The notes below the pieces were generated by a model. The model had not been told where the DNA came from. It did no database searches and saw nothing but the letters and a program-made list of their open reading frames with translations. Position numbers and translations under genes: made by a program. From Tubulanus polymorphus (lineage: Eukaryota; Animalia; Nemertea), in contig NC_134028.1 in assembly GCF_964204645.1 (NCBI RefSeq), positions 11,579,263 to 11,643,262 of the forward strand: DNA of 64,000 bases, read 5' to 3'. This document shows, one piece after another, positions 1-15,600 of the stretch (within the stretch, counting starts at the first letter, position 1; the number at the start of each line of letters is the position of its first letter).

Positions 1-30
1 CATATAAAATTATATATACATACAACTTAC

Positions 31-187
31 TCAGCATTCAAAGCCTTACGTTTACTAGGTATTTCGAAGTCAATGTCATGGAATGATCGCTTGCGACTAG
101 ACGATGGAGTAGGAATCTTCCCTCGATTTTTAAACACATAATACGGTGTTATCTTGTAATCCTTACTCTCCATGTTCAAACCCATAA
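31..187 (-). CDS. PARN: PARN exon [51 protein letters not shown] (basic, NLS-like)
   Basis: Acceptor ttcttcag, donor gtaagt, 157 nt, phase 1 to 2. YKITPY aligns with human YRIQTY. Confidence 0.85.
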
Positions 188-3100
188 CTGAAGAAATAAT
201 GCAGTGTTTAACATTAACATCCCAGGAAGTACACATAAAAAGCACATCATGTCACCTGTAATGCTTGAAAATCTAATAATACTTAAATCATAACCCCCTT
301 CTTAATTTAGATGGCTTCCTCAATGCAGCCGTCAATGAATTGGCTTAACCCCCCCAGCTCATCCACTTAATTTCTATTTCAATTTAGATGGGTGGTCCAT
401 TCAACTGTGGTTCAAATTTCCCTTTACCTTTCCCGAGATATCCATTCGATCATCAATCTATATGACAATTCTGATGACTGCGGAACACTCAACTTTCACT
501 CAACTACCTTAGTCTCTGCCTAAACGGGTACTGGTCTATTTGGGTAATATGTTCAAAAGAGTAAAATGAAAGTAACATTTCAGTTTGCTACATAGATTTT
601 TATGCCAATTTAACACGGCTGAATGTTGAGACTACGGCCATTTGAGACACACATGCGATAATGTTGTGTTCGCATCCCAAGTTTTATGAAAAAATATTTC
701 AGTTTGGGATTCGACTGTGTTTCGAATTTCATTATATGAAACTACCATCCACTCGAAAAAAGATCAAAATTCTTTCCCTGTGCATTCGTTAGAAAATCGA
801 TTTTCACATATTTTCATGCTGCCAGGACTCAACATCGAACGGACATCGATTGGATGAGCTGGGGTGGGTAAATCCATTTCATTGACGGCTGCATAAATGC
901 AACCCTAATAAAATCCTGTTGCTATAGGTGTATCAATGGCAGAAGGATTTTGAAAATATCTCATGAAAATTCAAAATTTGCAAAACATGATTTTGGCAAA
1001 CCTAGGTTACTGCCAGTCAGCCATCATGATTCAGATCTGACAGATGCCAATACTGCATAGTGTCTAGGGTAGATACATGTTTAACCAAAGCATCAAAATA
1101 AAACATCAAAACATCATATCTCAGTTCATATCTAACCAGGAAAAGTTAGCCCTGTTGTATTAGTTCCAAAAGAAAAATAGAATTGAAATGATGCGAAAAA
1201 TCATTTAATATTATATTGATTAAAATATAAGTGAATTGTAATTGCGCCAATGATTTTTATAAATCTAAGGATCATTTTAAAGAATTGTTTCAATTCAAGG
1301 TTCCATCATGATACCAGGTGAGTATAGCTATAATAATCTCGACCATTAATTCATGTTTGTGTAACATTAGTGTGTACATCAGGCCATCCCAAATTAATAG
1401 TCTGTTTGCAGTAACACCAACTCAAGGTACCGGCAGGTAGAAATGTTTTTTGGCAAATAATGGGGCAAATGAATTTTTATCATCTTAACCTGAAAAACAA
1501 TGTCACAAATCAGCGCTATGCATTGAAAATTTATCCAATAGACTAGATTTCAAGATTTGTAGAGTAGCTGTGTTAACCGAGTTTAGAATAAATAACGAGA
1601 CGAGTAGTACTACAGGGTGTCCCATAAGTCATGCAACATTTATAAAACTCAATTTCTCCGAGCCTGATAGGGAAAGCTGTACCAAATTCCTACCACAGGT
1701 TAAACATAACATGTAGTTTTCAAATTTATATGACATTATATTTGATTACTTAATTCAAACTTTTTACAGAATGTTTTCGATGTGATTGCTCTGTATCAAT
1801 TTTAGTCTATCAATGAAGTTGCCAATAACTAACTTGAGAGTTTCAAACTGAATGTCCCTTATCTCATTTTCCGTATTTCTCTTCAATTGGTCAATAGTTT
1901 TTGGTGCGTTGCAGTGCACCCAGTCTTTTAGGTGCCTCCAGAGAAAATAATCAAGTGGGCTCAGATCTAGAGTGTAGGTTGGCCAGTTCACAGGAGATCT
2001 CCAACAAAGTACTCTTACCATGCATCAAACTTAATGTAATCTCCGCAGCGTGAGGACTAGCTCCATCCTGTTAGAACCAATGTGATCGATACTCTGTTTG
2101 TCGTACTTTCTACTTACATAGTTCCCACAGTTACACGAATTAAAAATTCCCAAGTTTTTCCCAAATATTTCATAGGTGATTTTTCAATTTTCCCAAATGG
2201 AAATGAACAGATACCATCATCCTAAAGTCGACATTTTAGTGGTAAATGGTTGATAAAGGTGTTTTTCAAGGGAAATCGCTGAGAAAGTTGCCCTTGGCAA
2301 ATGCAATACGTGAAATGTAATGAATTTCCCAAATATTTCCCTGATTTGAGAAAATTTTTTTCAAATTCCCAAATATTTCCAAACTGGGAATTAATATTTC
2401 AAAATTCCCAAGTTTTTCCCAATTTCCCTGTTTGTGCGGGAACCATGTACTTAATAATGGCATAAAGTATGAGGTGATCATGTGCAAAGGTTCTCCAATT
2501 GTGGTAACAGCTTTCCTATCATCATCCTCAAAAAAATATGGGCCAGTTTTTCCGTCCCGGTTCAATGCACACCATACAGTGGCTCAAGTCCATTATAGCA
2601 TTAAATAGTTCCAATAGAGACTAATTACATCTGACTGGTATTTGAAATTAATCCGCCAATATTGGACTGATTCAAATCGTCAACTGCTTTATCGTCAACT
2701 GCTTTTACTCGTCGTCAATGTCTACAATCCTAAATGTCGGTGGTTGCTCGTCGACAATGTCTACAATCCTAAATGTTGGTCGTTTTTGCTCGTCGACGAT
2801 GTCTACAATCCTAAATGCCGACCGATTTTACTCGTCAACAATGTCTACAATCCTGATTGTCAACCTATTTTACTCGTGGACAATGTCTATACCGTATTTT
2901 CCGGCCAATAAGCCGACTCGGCCAATAAGCCGAGGGCAGTTTTTTAGCCTAAAATACATGGATTTCATAAAGCTTCGCCCAATAAGCCGAGGCCCTTCAT
3001 CAGAGATTTTAATTCACTGATTTGTCAATTAGTTCGTCTTAATTGACGATTTAAGAGGCTGACAGTAGCGCCCGCCGATGTGTGAGAGTGCTGTGTATAC

Positions 3101-6100
3101 TATCATCGCCGAGTGACTGTGCTATATATAGACTCACTCAGCTGATTACTATACACACAGCTATACACGCAGTACGCGGCTCACTGCTGATTTGCATATA
3201 TACTAATGTATGAACTGACACGTGGTAGTACGATGAACTCGAGCGTTATATAAATGTATACCATTGCCCCTGTGCGGTGATGGAACAATCAAAGTAAAAA
3301 TAAAATAGTTCAAAATAGATTATAATTGGTAGTAAATAATGACCTCAAATAAATATCGACCACTTTTCTTGATTTTGACGATCATTGAGAGCATTAGAGT
3401 GGCATAGATCGGGAAGTGATTTTTTATGTCAGATCGTATCCGCCCAATAAGCCGATCACGATATTTTGGGTAAAAATCTGAGGCTAGAAAATCGGCTTAT
3501 TGGCCGGAAAATACGGTAATCCTGATCATGGGGTGAAAGCTGTTTCAAGTATTCCCTTCTGTAGAGTCGCTGGGATTGTTGGGTGAAAACTGTTTCAAAT
3601 ATTCCCTCTGTAGAGGTGTCTGGGATTGTGGGGCAAAAACAGTTTCAAATATTCACCTCTGTAGAGTTGGCTGAGATCGTGGGGCGAAAACTGTTTCAAA
3701 TATTCCCCGCTGTAGAGTTGGCTGAGATCGTGGGGTGTAAACTGTTTCAAATATTCCTCTCTGTAGTATTGGCTGGGATTGTAGGGCGTTAACTGTTTCA
3801 AATACTCCCTTCTTTAGAGTTGTCTAAGACTGTGGGGTGTAAACTGTTTCAAATATTCCCCTATGTCATCCATCCTATAGCCATCCAAGTGTTCAAAGTG
3901 AAAAAATTATATGCACCTTATAACATTACCCGCATTTACATAGTCACTAGAATGATTGGCAGCTTTATTGGAACACTACCACAGTGTTCTCCATTAGGGG
4001 TTTTAAAGGGGCGACCGGCCTTTAATTTTTATGTCTGCCCCTGTAAAAGTTGTGCGCCCCTATAAAAGATTAGCCGCCCCCGTAGCCAACATAGTGACAT
4101 CAGTGACGATCTTCGGTTTGATATCACCAGCGATTATTCTCTCCTACACACAAGCAAACATTACCGGTATGTCAATAATTGTATAAATAGTCAGACAAAC
4201 GCTTCATGTCATTAAAAAAACTCATTATGTACATACGTCGATAATTGTAGAAACGGCTCACATATGGAGTCACGCGGCACCGCTCAGGTAGGTCTATAAA
4301 TATCCTGGGATTTCCCGGCATGTTGTAAATTTTAAAAAATCAATGCGCACTTAAGGTCACAACGAGTTACACTGCTGCATTAAACCGCTGACTTAACGAA
4401 ACCAGTGGCCTCAATTTTTCAAGTCTCAATGCCCGTAGAAAAACTTTTATTATGATTATCAAAATATTTTTCAAACATTAGGTTACCAAATGGAAATAAA
4501 TAAATGCTTGATGAGCTTTATTGACAAATCTAGTTATATGAATGGAAGAACATCGATCTATTTTATGCACGTAGGGCTACCTATCTCCTTCAGAAAAGTG
4601 CCCAAATCCTGGGAAAACGCATTTGAGCACCTACAAAAAGATCATTTTACCGGGGAGGGCCTCCCGACCCCCAGTTCCCGATAAGTGCTCACACCTTCGG
4701 CGCTCGTTTTCCGAGTACATACCGCCCCTACAAATTTTTCTACAATGGAGTTTTCTACCAGTTTCCTAGAAAACATTAACAAGGCCATGCAACGAGGCAT
4801 GTTTTCACACGATGTACCAACAAATGTAGTGCATCAGCATCAGCAGTGGGTGGGTCGGAAGGCCGTTTTTTGGTAAAAAATAAAATTCATTTTTATGAAT
4901 CCCAGAGAATTGTTTTCACTTGGTACCTTTGATGTCGGGTCGGTACAGTTACAGCAAACAGGCAATAATTTTGGGATGGCCTTATAGGGGAAATGAAATT
5001 GTCATTTACACCATACTGTGCAAATGACATCATCACCAAAGGGCAATCCAAGTGATTGAAAATCGACTTATTTTCAATACACACTTAGAACACACAATAC
5101 ACACAATAGAAATAAAATATTGGAGGATATATATACCCTTGATTATAAGTACTTGACTCTATATATGTGTGAAAGAGCTAAAATGGCAATGAACTGACAA
5201 ATTGAACTCATCTAAGCAGCAATATTTCTCAATGAATATGAACTACCTACCAACACTCTCATTTTCTTTCTTTGATGTTCCAATGAATGCTGAAGTGTCA
5301 TTGATCCAACCAATTGTAATAGGACCTGTAATAAAACAAACTAGGGACACCATTCCAACTTAGTGAAAATGTTCAACAATCTTAATTTTCAATGGCCCCT
5401 GATAAACATATAGAGCAACCAATGATCTTGAAACATACCACAATAATATAACATGCCATAAGCTATAAGTTTTTGATTGTAGTCAAGAAATATGTTTAAT
5501 GGCCGCCTCGATTTTGAAGTAATCCAAGATAGCACATATGCTAACACTAGATGAAAAACAGAGGTGGCTGATGATGCACTCGATGACAATACAATACATC
5601 CTGTGCTTATATTCCTTTGAAATTAAGATGAGGAATCATAACACTTTTCGCTTGGGTAATGGTTGGTTTCTTTTCTAATATGAAAAGATACGTAACTAGT
5701 ATTTTTACTGCTCAAACTTTTGAAGCACAAATCAATTGTATGGGCATAAATTTGTGCCATCCGCAGTGCACTGGCAATCGACAGACACCATTGAAGGATG
5801 GTGATGAGGGCCTTGTAACAACTGTGGCCACAAGCACTCACAAAATATACTCTAGCCTCAACCAATTAAAAGCTTTGAAGATAGAATCCATGCAATTAAA
5901 AGAATATATTGATTCAATTTTGACTAAAAGTGATTCGTAATCTTAGCCCTACTTTTATAGTTAGTAGGTCACCACAGGCCAATATGCGTTCACTAGGCCG
6001 AAGTTAGTGGCCAAGGCCGTACCGTCTTTATACAACCAACGGTGGACTTTCAGAACTATTAGAGATATATAGCCATAGCAGTGTGTCTAAGGGATTTTAA

Positions 6101-6603
6101 TGATGAATTACAATTTTAGGGGTATTAAAAAATACTGGGGAGTATTTCAGTTCAGAATTTCTATGGAGAACCGAGTAGCATCAGGTTCCTTTTGAGACAA
6201 ATAGGTGCTTTAAATAAGTTTTCAGGGATGAAAACAGGCATTTAAAAAACGCTGAAATAGTAGAAGTAAAAGTATTAGGCTAACTACTGCAAGCCAGCAG
6301 TCATGAGCACAGGTGTGAAGCCTCTAAAGGGGGGTATGGGGGACGTCCCCCAAGAATATTTTGAAATTTCAAGGAGTTTTTGGCACATCTGAGGCCCATT
6401 TTCCAATGACAAAATAAGACTGCTGCCGCGGTTGATCGTTCGTTGTCTATGCCTTGAGTAAATGAAAAGATATCCAAATCACTAGAACGTCACTAGAACA
6501 TGTTCATACTTAAATGAAGAGGAGCCCTGATCTATAATTTTCCAATCTATCACTCAAGACAAGTGCATTGAGCCTGAATTAAAACAACGACTGCTTTTAT
6601 TGA

Positions 6604-6699
<96 letters not shown>

Positions 6700-9600
6700 A
6701 TCTGTACAGTGGGTCTAGAGAACATCAGTGTTCCGCAATGATGTTGTAAAAAAGATTTCGTAGCACCGATTTTATAAGACGCTTTTACGGTCTGTTCTTT
6801 AAGTATACTACAACCTAACTCTTTTCCCCAAGTCCCTAACCCCCCCATCATTTTCTCAACGGATCTACATCAATATCAAGAATGGTAAAAATGGACCTCC
6901 AACCGTGGAAATCCGCGTTTCCGAGGAAGATTTTCATCCCTGAGTTTTGTGGGTTATTTAAAGCATATTTGGCAAACTAGCAGCACCATAAAGATGCAAT
7001 GGTAAACCAAAAATACAAACCATAAATAAGCTACAGGCCTAAGAACAATGGAGCCAAAAATGAATAGTGAATGCAATAGCCCTCTGTCACTTAGCCCCAA
7101 GTGGGCCTAAAAAACCTAGATGTGAGGAGTGAACAACTACATTTTACCCTCAACTCTCTACATGAGACTGTAAGCAGAATTCTGAAATAGTATGTAACTT
7201 ACCATAAGGTGAGAATAATGCAAACAGATCGGTGGTCTTCCAATCACAAGGAAATGTAATATGATATACATTGTCTCTGCATGGGATTACTAGAATGAAA
7301 TTTAATTTAACAACTAACAAATACATGTATAAGAGACGAATATAACAATTCACACTTTGAGTTGGTTGGGTGCTCCTTTAAAGATCAAGTTTAGCGCAAG
7401 ATAGCTTTTAATATTGACGATAATGTTAAATAGATACACAATAATCCTTCTTGTGAAATTTTAGCTGTAATGAGTGACGGATTACTGAAACATTGACAAA
7501 TGAAAAGTGTATCGTTAATTTTTTAAGATTTTCACATCAAGTATTTCATCTGGTACCCATGTAGATGGCTCTGATGATGACATAATAAGGCTACACGCTG
7601 AATTCTAGCTTCATACTGATATTCATGGTATTCACACACAAACAGGGAGATATGGCAGGAACGAATACCACAGATCAATTTTTATATTCTTCTTATAAAT
7701 TTGAATGCGGAATAAATGTAAATTGGGTTTGATGTTATTTTATACAATGACGCATAATTGACTTGGATTTGATGTTCATATGCATAATAAAAATTGATTG
7801 AATGTGCAATTCAAGCACATGGCTTATTTGCATATCAAAGATTATCCATCGATCTGAGGAGCCATTTTTCCGAACCCTTGCACAATTTTCAAGGATGAAT
7901 TTTCAGTAATGCATTTAAAAATTCCAAAACCCAAAAAACTAAAGATATCACAGGCAGACGTTCTTATTCCAAAATTTGAACATCAGTAATATTGCATGAA
8001 TATTTGAATATTTGTCTGTCAGCAGTTTCCAATTAAGCATTAGTAGTTTTATATCATAAAATCAGTAGTTTCCTTTAGAGTATCAGTAGTATAAGAAAAC
8101 AGAATTAATCAAGAAATTAAAATTGAATATTGTTTACATTTTAAATTTTTCATTGTTCCTCCGGTCAATGAGAACCAAAATCTGAGGATCGGAAGGATAA
8201 AAACCTCAAGTGTTCTTAATTAACAGACATTATGTTCAAAATTGGGCATTTAATTTAGCAATACCGATTTTTTCCCGGGAGTGACTCTACTAAGTAAAAG
8301 TATGGAAAAGGTAGCAGGTGCCACCACTATCAGGTGATTAGAGGTTGAATAGTGGGATTTTCCCCGAGGGTGAAAATATAGTCAGGAAAATAATCTTTTA
8401 AAAAGAAAATACAAAAACAATTTCATTTCTATTTTTATTTCGCCTTCCGACATTAAACCTACCTTCAAACTAAAAAAGCCTGGCCTGTTAACTAAAAATG
8501 AGTCTTTACCCCAGGTTTTACCGGCTGAAGAAATATTTATCGGAGTGTTTATCCATGTTCGCGATGTTTATTCATACTTGTCTACTACTTAGTTTTTTTT
8601 TAGGTCACGATAAAATATTCATTGAAAGTTTATCTATTTCAAAAACTATTCATTCAAACAATGCATGAAAATGTAATCATAACACGCGCGCCAATGTGAG
8701 CATTGGTATGCTGTCACGAGTGACTGTGCGAAGAGAGTGTTATATTGATCACACACAGCAGCAGCAATGCAGTGAGAAAATAGATTGACGCACGTGTAAG
8801 CCACTGCCATAATCAATACTCTGACCCGATTTACAAGCAGTAGAAGTAAACGAACCCGTACTCCCTTTTTTGAAAGTTCATAACCGTATTCACAGATGTG
8901 ATGGTATACTATAGCCGAATTTTCATAAAGGAAGATAAAACAAATCCGTATTTTGAAAAGAATGGACGAAAAATTAGTTTTTACGGAGCATCTGTCCTTC
9001 TGTATTTAGCTATTAAAATCCGTAGCAAATACCGAAATCCCGTAGAGGTAAGCAGGACTGCACAGGAATCCATCCGACATATAATTTAAAATCTTGAAAA
9101 AGAACCCGGTAATAAAACAGTAGACGATACTGCGGGTTCAGATGAACACCTGCTGATTTCAGCTAAGCCAAAAAGGAGGCTTTGCTTTCTGATTGGCTTT
9201 TTAAAATTGATATTTTTGTGTACAACCTTTGCAAAAAAACCTCCTGAAGTTTAACGAGGCCCTTGTCAATCAAAATTCTGCTTCCTATTAATTTGAGAAT
9301 GGATAACATTTGGATGCATGATTTGTATGAATATATGCTCAGTTGCAAAGTGAAAGACTTTAATCTGGAAATTATGTCATTTAAATTCGCTTCATTTGTA
9401 TAGTAATAGGCTCTGCCTACGGCTTAGTAGTCATATTAACTTAAGCTACCATGCTACTGCGCCAATTAGAGGTAAAAAATCTTGATTATATTTAAATGAT
9501 TAGTTATGATGAAAACAATGATAATACCAATGCTGAATCATGAATTCAGTTGGCATCCAGTTAGAAATAAACCAATAAAACTTATACTGATAATGTGTGT

Positions 9601-12600
9601 ACGAAAGTGCACGTTGTTTTCACCATATAGCCTGTATGACATCGCGCAAATAGACATTGGCATTCAGAACATTTGCGCATACTGATACATGCGTTATTAA
9701 ACTATTGAATAAGACCATAATAAGAATTTCGTTGAATGGGCTACATTTGATCATTAAAGGCCAAGTGCTGTAAATAACCGGATGGTAACCACTTGAGATG
9801 GGCTGTCCAACTAGCTACAGTATCTTGATAATAATGTTTACACTCTGTATGGGTGGCTCACAACAAGTAACTGTAGATAGCACAGCGTTTAACTGACAAA
9901 TTCATAAAAATGTTTGTATCAAGTTGGAAATGATTTTAAATGGTCTAGTCTTTATATTGGGGACAACATTCTGAAGCTTGTGATCATTTTCTGTAAGAAA
10001 ATGGGTTTCACTGCTCAATGGGTTCAAAGATACCGCCATGTCTCACTTTCATTGGGCTTTCATACTGCCAATGGGCATTTAACTCCCTATGCTAATTCAA
10101 TTGGTCAATACTGAATTCAAACAAATTACTTTCTTAACGCTTGATGTTGGTATGCAGTAAGTATCTACGCCCTGCCTTCATCCAATTCAATCATTCTACC
10201 AGTTTTCATCTGGAGGTATGTCAATGTATTTTCAAAATACGAAATCGCCTGCTACTTTTTAAAGATAGGAATTCAGATTGGTGTTCCACCTATGGTACAA
10301 CGTCTTGAACAGTAAGTTTACAAACCTTGAGATGAATTTAGAATTTTTCTAATTGGAAAATCTAGCACAAAATGGAAACTTTCAAATATATACAAATAAA
10401 TTTTGTATGCTATTTATCTACGAGATGTCTGACATTTCTCGTGGTTCTCACTTGTTAGCAGTGCTTTGGTAACTGCTGATTTTATAGCCCCTGTATCAAT
10501 GACAATGATATACAAAGCTAGTGGGGTATGCATACTGCAATACACCCCAACCAGTTCATACTGAGTGATATAGATGGGGATCAATTCTTTGATAAATTTA
10601 TCCTCTGATAAACAAAATGCTGAGTTATCTACATGTGATGTGATGCAGATTTAGATATATACATTTTGAGACTTTTAAACATAATGCTTATAAACGTTTT
10701 AGAGATTACTACATATCATTCTGTTTTCTGAATAGTATTATCGCGGAGCATAAGTTCTATTTGTGTTGAACTGTATAATATAATATGTATATATAATAAG
10801 TGAAAAGGATCAGTACTGAAATCTGCAGGACATTGTCTTAGCATTGATATCTGGTTCTCTGTCAATACCATAACATGTGAAGACATAACTCCCGCGGCAA
10901 CAAGAGATATATACTCGATGTGATATATACTCTATCGTGATTGAGTCACTAGTGAAAGGACAATGCAAATTGTACTTACAATCTGGTCCAGCTAAATTCA
11001 TGTAGGGTATATCAGCAACTCTCATCATGTTGATTCTATAAAATAAAAAGAATTTAAAAACTAGAGGTCCATGGACCTTGAGACTTCGTCGAGATAATCA
11101 GAAGTTCCAGTTTCGGAAAAGGAACAAGTCCTGCCTCGCCGGGCAGGCTGGATCAATGCATCTAAACGTATCAATTACAATTACATGTATAGCAAATATA
11201 CATGTAACCGCTTGTGCTGAAAGGGATCATTCATTTATTACGTACGCATAGAATTTGACGTTTACAACACTCCCTCCCCCCTGTACGCGAAGTCGGCCAT
11301 TTTTTTCATATACATTAAGCATTACAGTACGCAATTGCACTAAACCCCTCCCCTAATGCGTACGTAATAAATGAATGATCCCAAATGTAATTTAGAACTG
11401 TCCTTATTTTAAAATTTGCTTGTTTTCTGGGCTTATTTTCTCAATCCGCATGAGCTGAAACTTTTCCCTGGTAATTCCTTTTGAGGTTTATATTTGATGC
11501 TCTATACAACCATTCCAGTTTCAAACTGCACATCATTGAATACCCCTTAGAAGCTGACGAATAACAGTCACAGCAAAAACTACACGGAGAAAGCAAAAAA
11601 TGGTTGTCCAACTTAATCAAACTTTATTGGAAATATTTTCAAAAACATTGCAAGTGCTGAAATATCTAAAATGTCAATGAAACACAAACATTACAGAAAG
11701 ACCTGATTACAACATATTATTTGTGTAAAAATTGATCAACAGTTGCAGCCTCTAGGCTGTTTTCCCCTGATGGCCATAATTTGAATTGGTCAAAAATTGC
11801 GGCCTCAAGGGTGTTAAGGTTGTTTTTCAGTTCGGCCCCCTGGTAGCCATAATTTGAATCGAATTGACCCAATTGATGTTGCTTAATTACTCATTGATTC
11901 TTTATAATAGGTTTATGCAATAGACAATAGATCCTTCTACCACTCTGGCCAGTTTCAAAGCTCTAAAACAATCTGGCATTGAGATATAACAGAAAATACA
12001 CACAGTTTCCTCAAAATTCAACGCATTTCTAAATACGCTATTTCTCAGCTGTCCCTTTAACAACGTTGCAGCGCGCACCTGCTGATTTAGCCGACACTGA
12101 ACAGTAAGCTATGTAAACAACGAAATGAGGTCAAAAATCATGTAACAAAATCACAAATTGCACGTAAACTAACCATTTTTGAACAGAACGGTTGAAGATG
12201 AGTGTGCAGATCAAAAGAATATTTTGAAATTTAAAAAAAGTATCAGTTACGATGTTAGTTAGTGATGATTGTGACGAACAAAGTTACGAATCGGCCATCT
12301 TGAATCTGACCGGGCCAGTTCTCGGGCAGATAGATACATGTTTAAACCAAAGATAAACACAATCCATTAAGGCATCTTCAAAACTTCCCAAAATAACTGG
12401 GCTCCGTGTAGGATAGATGGACATACGGATGATAGATGAAAAGTGAACGCAATAGCCGGGTAGGACTTAAGTCCAACGTGGGCTAACAATAGGCCCATGA
12501 AGCTTCGGTTATCATGTTATGCATTGATATTTGTATAACCAGGTGACATCATCATTTTCGGGAAATCTTTTTTTGCATTTTGAAGAACAGTAACCAAACT

Positions 12601-15600
12601 TTTCAAGACAGTATTCTTTATCGTATAGGACTGGAGTGACATTTTAATGAGACATAACTGATTTTTACTAGCATGTATTTGCCTTTCCTTGTAGAAGGGC
12701 ACTGGTAAGAGTTTATTATTTCAACCAAGACGGCAGACAAAAAAATAAGGTCACAAGCAATTGATTTGTTATTTCTTTAAAAAAGTGGTATAACTTTATT
12801 GAAAATCTTTTCAAAAACACCAGTCTTGCAGTGGTCCAGACCAGCAGAAACCACTTAAGGGTCTAGTATAACTAGAAACTTGAAATTCGAGTAACCACCA
12901 TTCAAAAATCTTTCTGACACAAACTGAAAAAATGTACAAAATAATTTCAGGCATAATCGAAACACAAATGGGCTACAATCTGTTTCATACACTTTTGCAG
13001 CTTTTCACACCAGGAAATCTAAGGTAGGCATATGGAAAACCCATGATCATGACCTTTTAGCACTATAAGAAGGCGTTATGAGAAACGCTCATTTATTCAT
13101 GGGGAATCACAGACAAAATTGCTTCTTGTGACCTTGACATTGAACCTAAAGGACCCAAAATCTAATCATTTACTAACCTTGTGTAGTGCAACACAATCAT
13201 TGAATTTCAGGAAGATCTGTCAGAGTTCAGGTGCGAGGGCACCTGACTGTGGGGTCATGAAAAAAAAACACGAAATTCTTAATATGGACTTTCCTCAATT
13301 TACATGAGAGTATGTTAAATCCAGGGAGAAACAGATAATAGGATGGTTATATCAAAGCTGTGGGTAGTTGGGTGTTGAATTATTATTATTATAGTATTTC
13401 AAGTGCCAGAATCCACTTAAATGATCAATGACACTATATTACTGAAGAAATCTAATGTGGTGAAAACAAATGTGTTTTGAGGCTTCTCTTGAAGACAGAG
13501 ATACTCGAAGCCGCTCTTACATGGCGGGGAAGGTTGTTCCACAAACGTGGAGCAGCGACTGAGAAGGCTGTGTCTCCAAGAGAAGCTAATCTTGAACGGG
13601 GTTGAGTAAGCAAAAGATCATCTACTGAACGTAACATTCTAGTTGGGGAGTAAGGTGTTAAAAGGTCTTGCAGATATTTTGGAGCCAGTCCATAGAAACA
13701 TTTGTAAGCCAACAATAGGATCTTGAAGTTAATACGCTCTTTGAATGGGAGCCAGTGCAGCTGTTTGAGAATAGGAGAAATGTGTTCGTATTTTGAAGTG
13801 CCAGTTACTAGTCTGGCTGAAGAGTTCTGAACTTTTTGTAATTTAGCAATAATGAAATTTGGGAGTCCAATGAGTAAGGCATTTAGACCATCTAACCTGG
13901 AAGTGACAAGTGAATTAACCAGAGTTGCTGTAGCATCAGAAGTAAGATATCTTCGGATATTCCAATGTTATGCAGGTGGAAGTAGCAAGATTTGCAGATA
14001 GCATTAACATGATGTTAAAGTGAGAGATGTTGGTCAAAATATGCGCCTATATTCTTAGCCAATGGCACCGTTGATATTGAATAATCACCGATCAATATCG
14101 TGTTCTCAGCAAGATTGTGCTGCTTTAAATGAATCATCATAAATTCGGTTTTTTCATCATTTAATTTCAAGAAATTGATAGCCATCCAACGTCGAATTTC
14201 ATTGATACAGGCCTCGAGTCTCTGCAAACCATCATCTACCTCTAACGGATGGAATGCTATGTAAAGCTGGGTGTCATCAGCAAAGAAATGGAACTCAATT
14301 TTGTGCTTTCTTATGATGTCACCCAGAAGACCAACATATATACTAAACAGCAGGGGGCCCAAGAGTGACCCCTGTGGCACGCCTGTTAAGAGAGGACATG
14401 GGTCGACCAATTTTCCCCTGACTGATATGCGCTGACCCCAAGTCATTGATTAAGCTGATGCAACATGACGCTATGATTGACGGTGTCGAACGCAGCTGAC
14501 AGGTCAAGGAGAACAAGGCAAGCTGCTTTTTTGTTATCGAGAGCAATTAAAAGATCATTCATTACTTTGGTCAGTGCTGTTTCAGTTGAATGATTTGCTC
14601 TATAAGCAGACTGCAATGTTTCGTAAAGATTGTTCTCAAACATATGGTCGCGAATCCTTTTGTCAACAACACGTTCCAGAACTTTGGAGAGAAAGGGTAA
14701 GTTTGAAACAGGTCTATAGTTTATGAGGTCCTGCTGATCCAAAGTATGTTTTTTCAAGAGAGGGGTTACAACAGCCTTTTTAAAATTCGCTAGGCACAAT
14801 GCTTGAATGGGAAGTTCGATCATAGTTAGTGTAGTTAATACGTCCAGAGAGAGGCAACATGTGAAATGAGGTAATAAAAAGTTCAGTTTTATTTCCAAAC
14901 CACATTTTCCAATGCATTTCATTGAAAGAATTGCATGATTTAGATTTCATCTATTATTTTCGATCACTCATCATCGTGTACAAGATACTAATTTTCCATT
15001 TCAAGCACGGCGGGCGGCCAATCGCATGTGCGATCATTTGAAGTCTTTTCGACTATTTCTTTAATTAAATCCTCCAAAAGTTTGAGTTAAATATATGAAT
15101 GCCATACATGAGAAAAAATCAATATTTCAAAATTTTTCATATGTTCGAAGATCTATCTTATGCTGATAAACACATTGAAACACTAGATACACGAATGAAC
15201 TAGGGGTCCAGGGACACCATGCCCACTTGGGAAGTGGTTTCAAATGCTCAACAATCTAACAATTTCAACATTCAACACCCCCTGGTGACCATTTACAAAA
15301 ACCAATGACCTTGAAACTCACCACAATCATAGAACCTGTCAGCAGCTACGATTTTGTAATTGATTGTGATAACAAAATATGCCTCGTTACCAATTTAATA
15401 TGGAAATACTAAGTCATTCTACTATTCAACGCCCCCTGGTGACCATATTCAAAACCCCATGACCTCGAAACTCACCACAATCATAGAACATGTCATGAAC
15501 TACAACTTTGCAATTGATCATGGTAACAAAATATGCCTAGGTACCAATATAATAAGGAAATACTAAGTTATTCTACTATTCAACGCCCCCTGGTGACCAT

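Noticed and set aside
1382-4982. One large element bounded by GGCCATCCCAAA inverted ends
   Set aside because: The ends match only loosely and the flanks differ (TCA versus TTA). They may be two separate truncated copies.
7574-7620. C/D snoRNA-like ATGATGA...CTGA
   Set aside because: Only about 47 nt long and antisense to the host gene.
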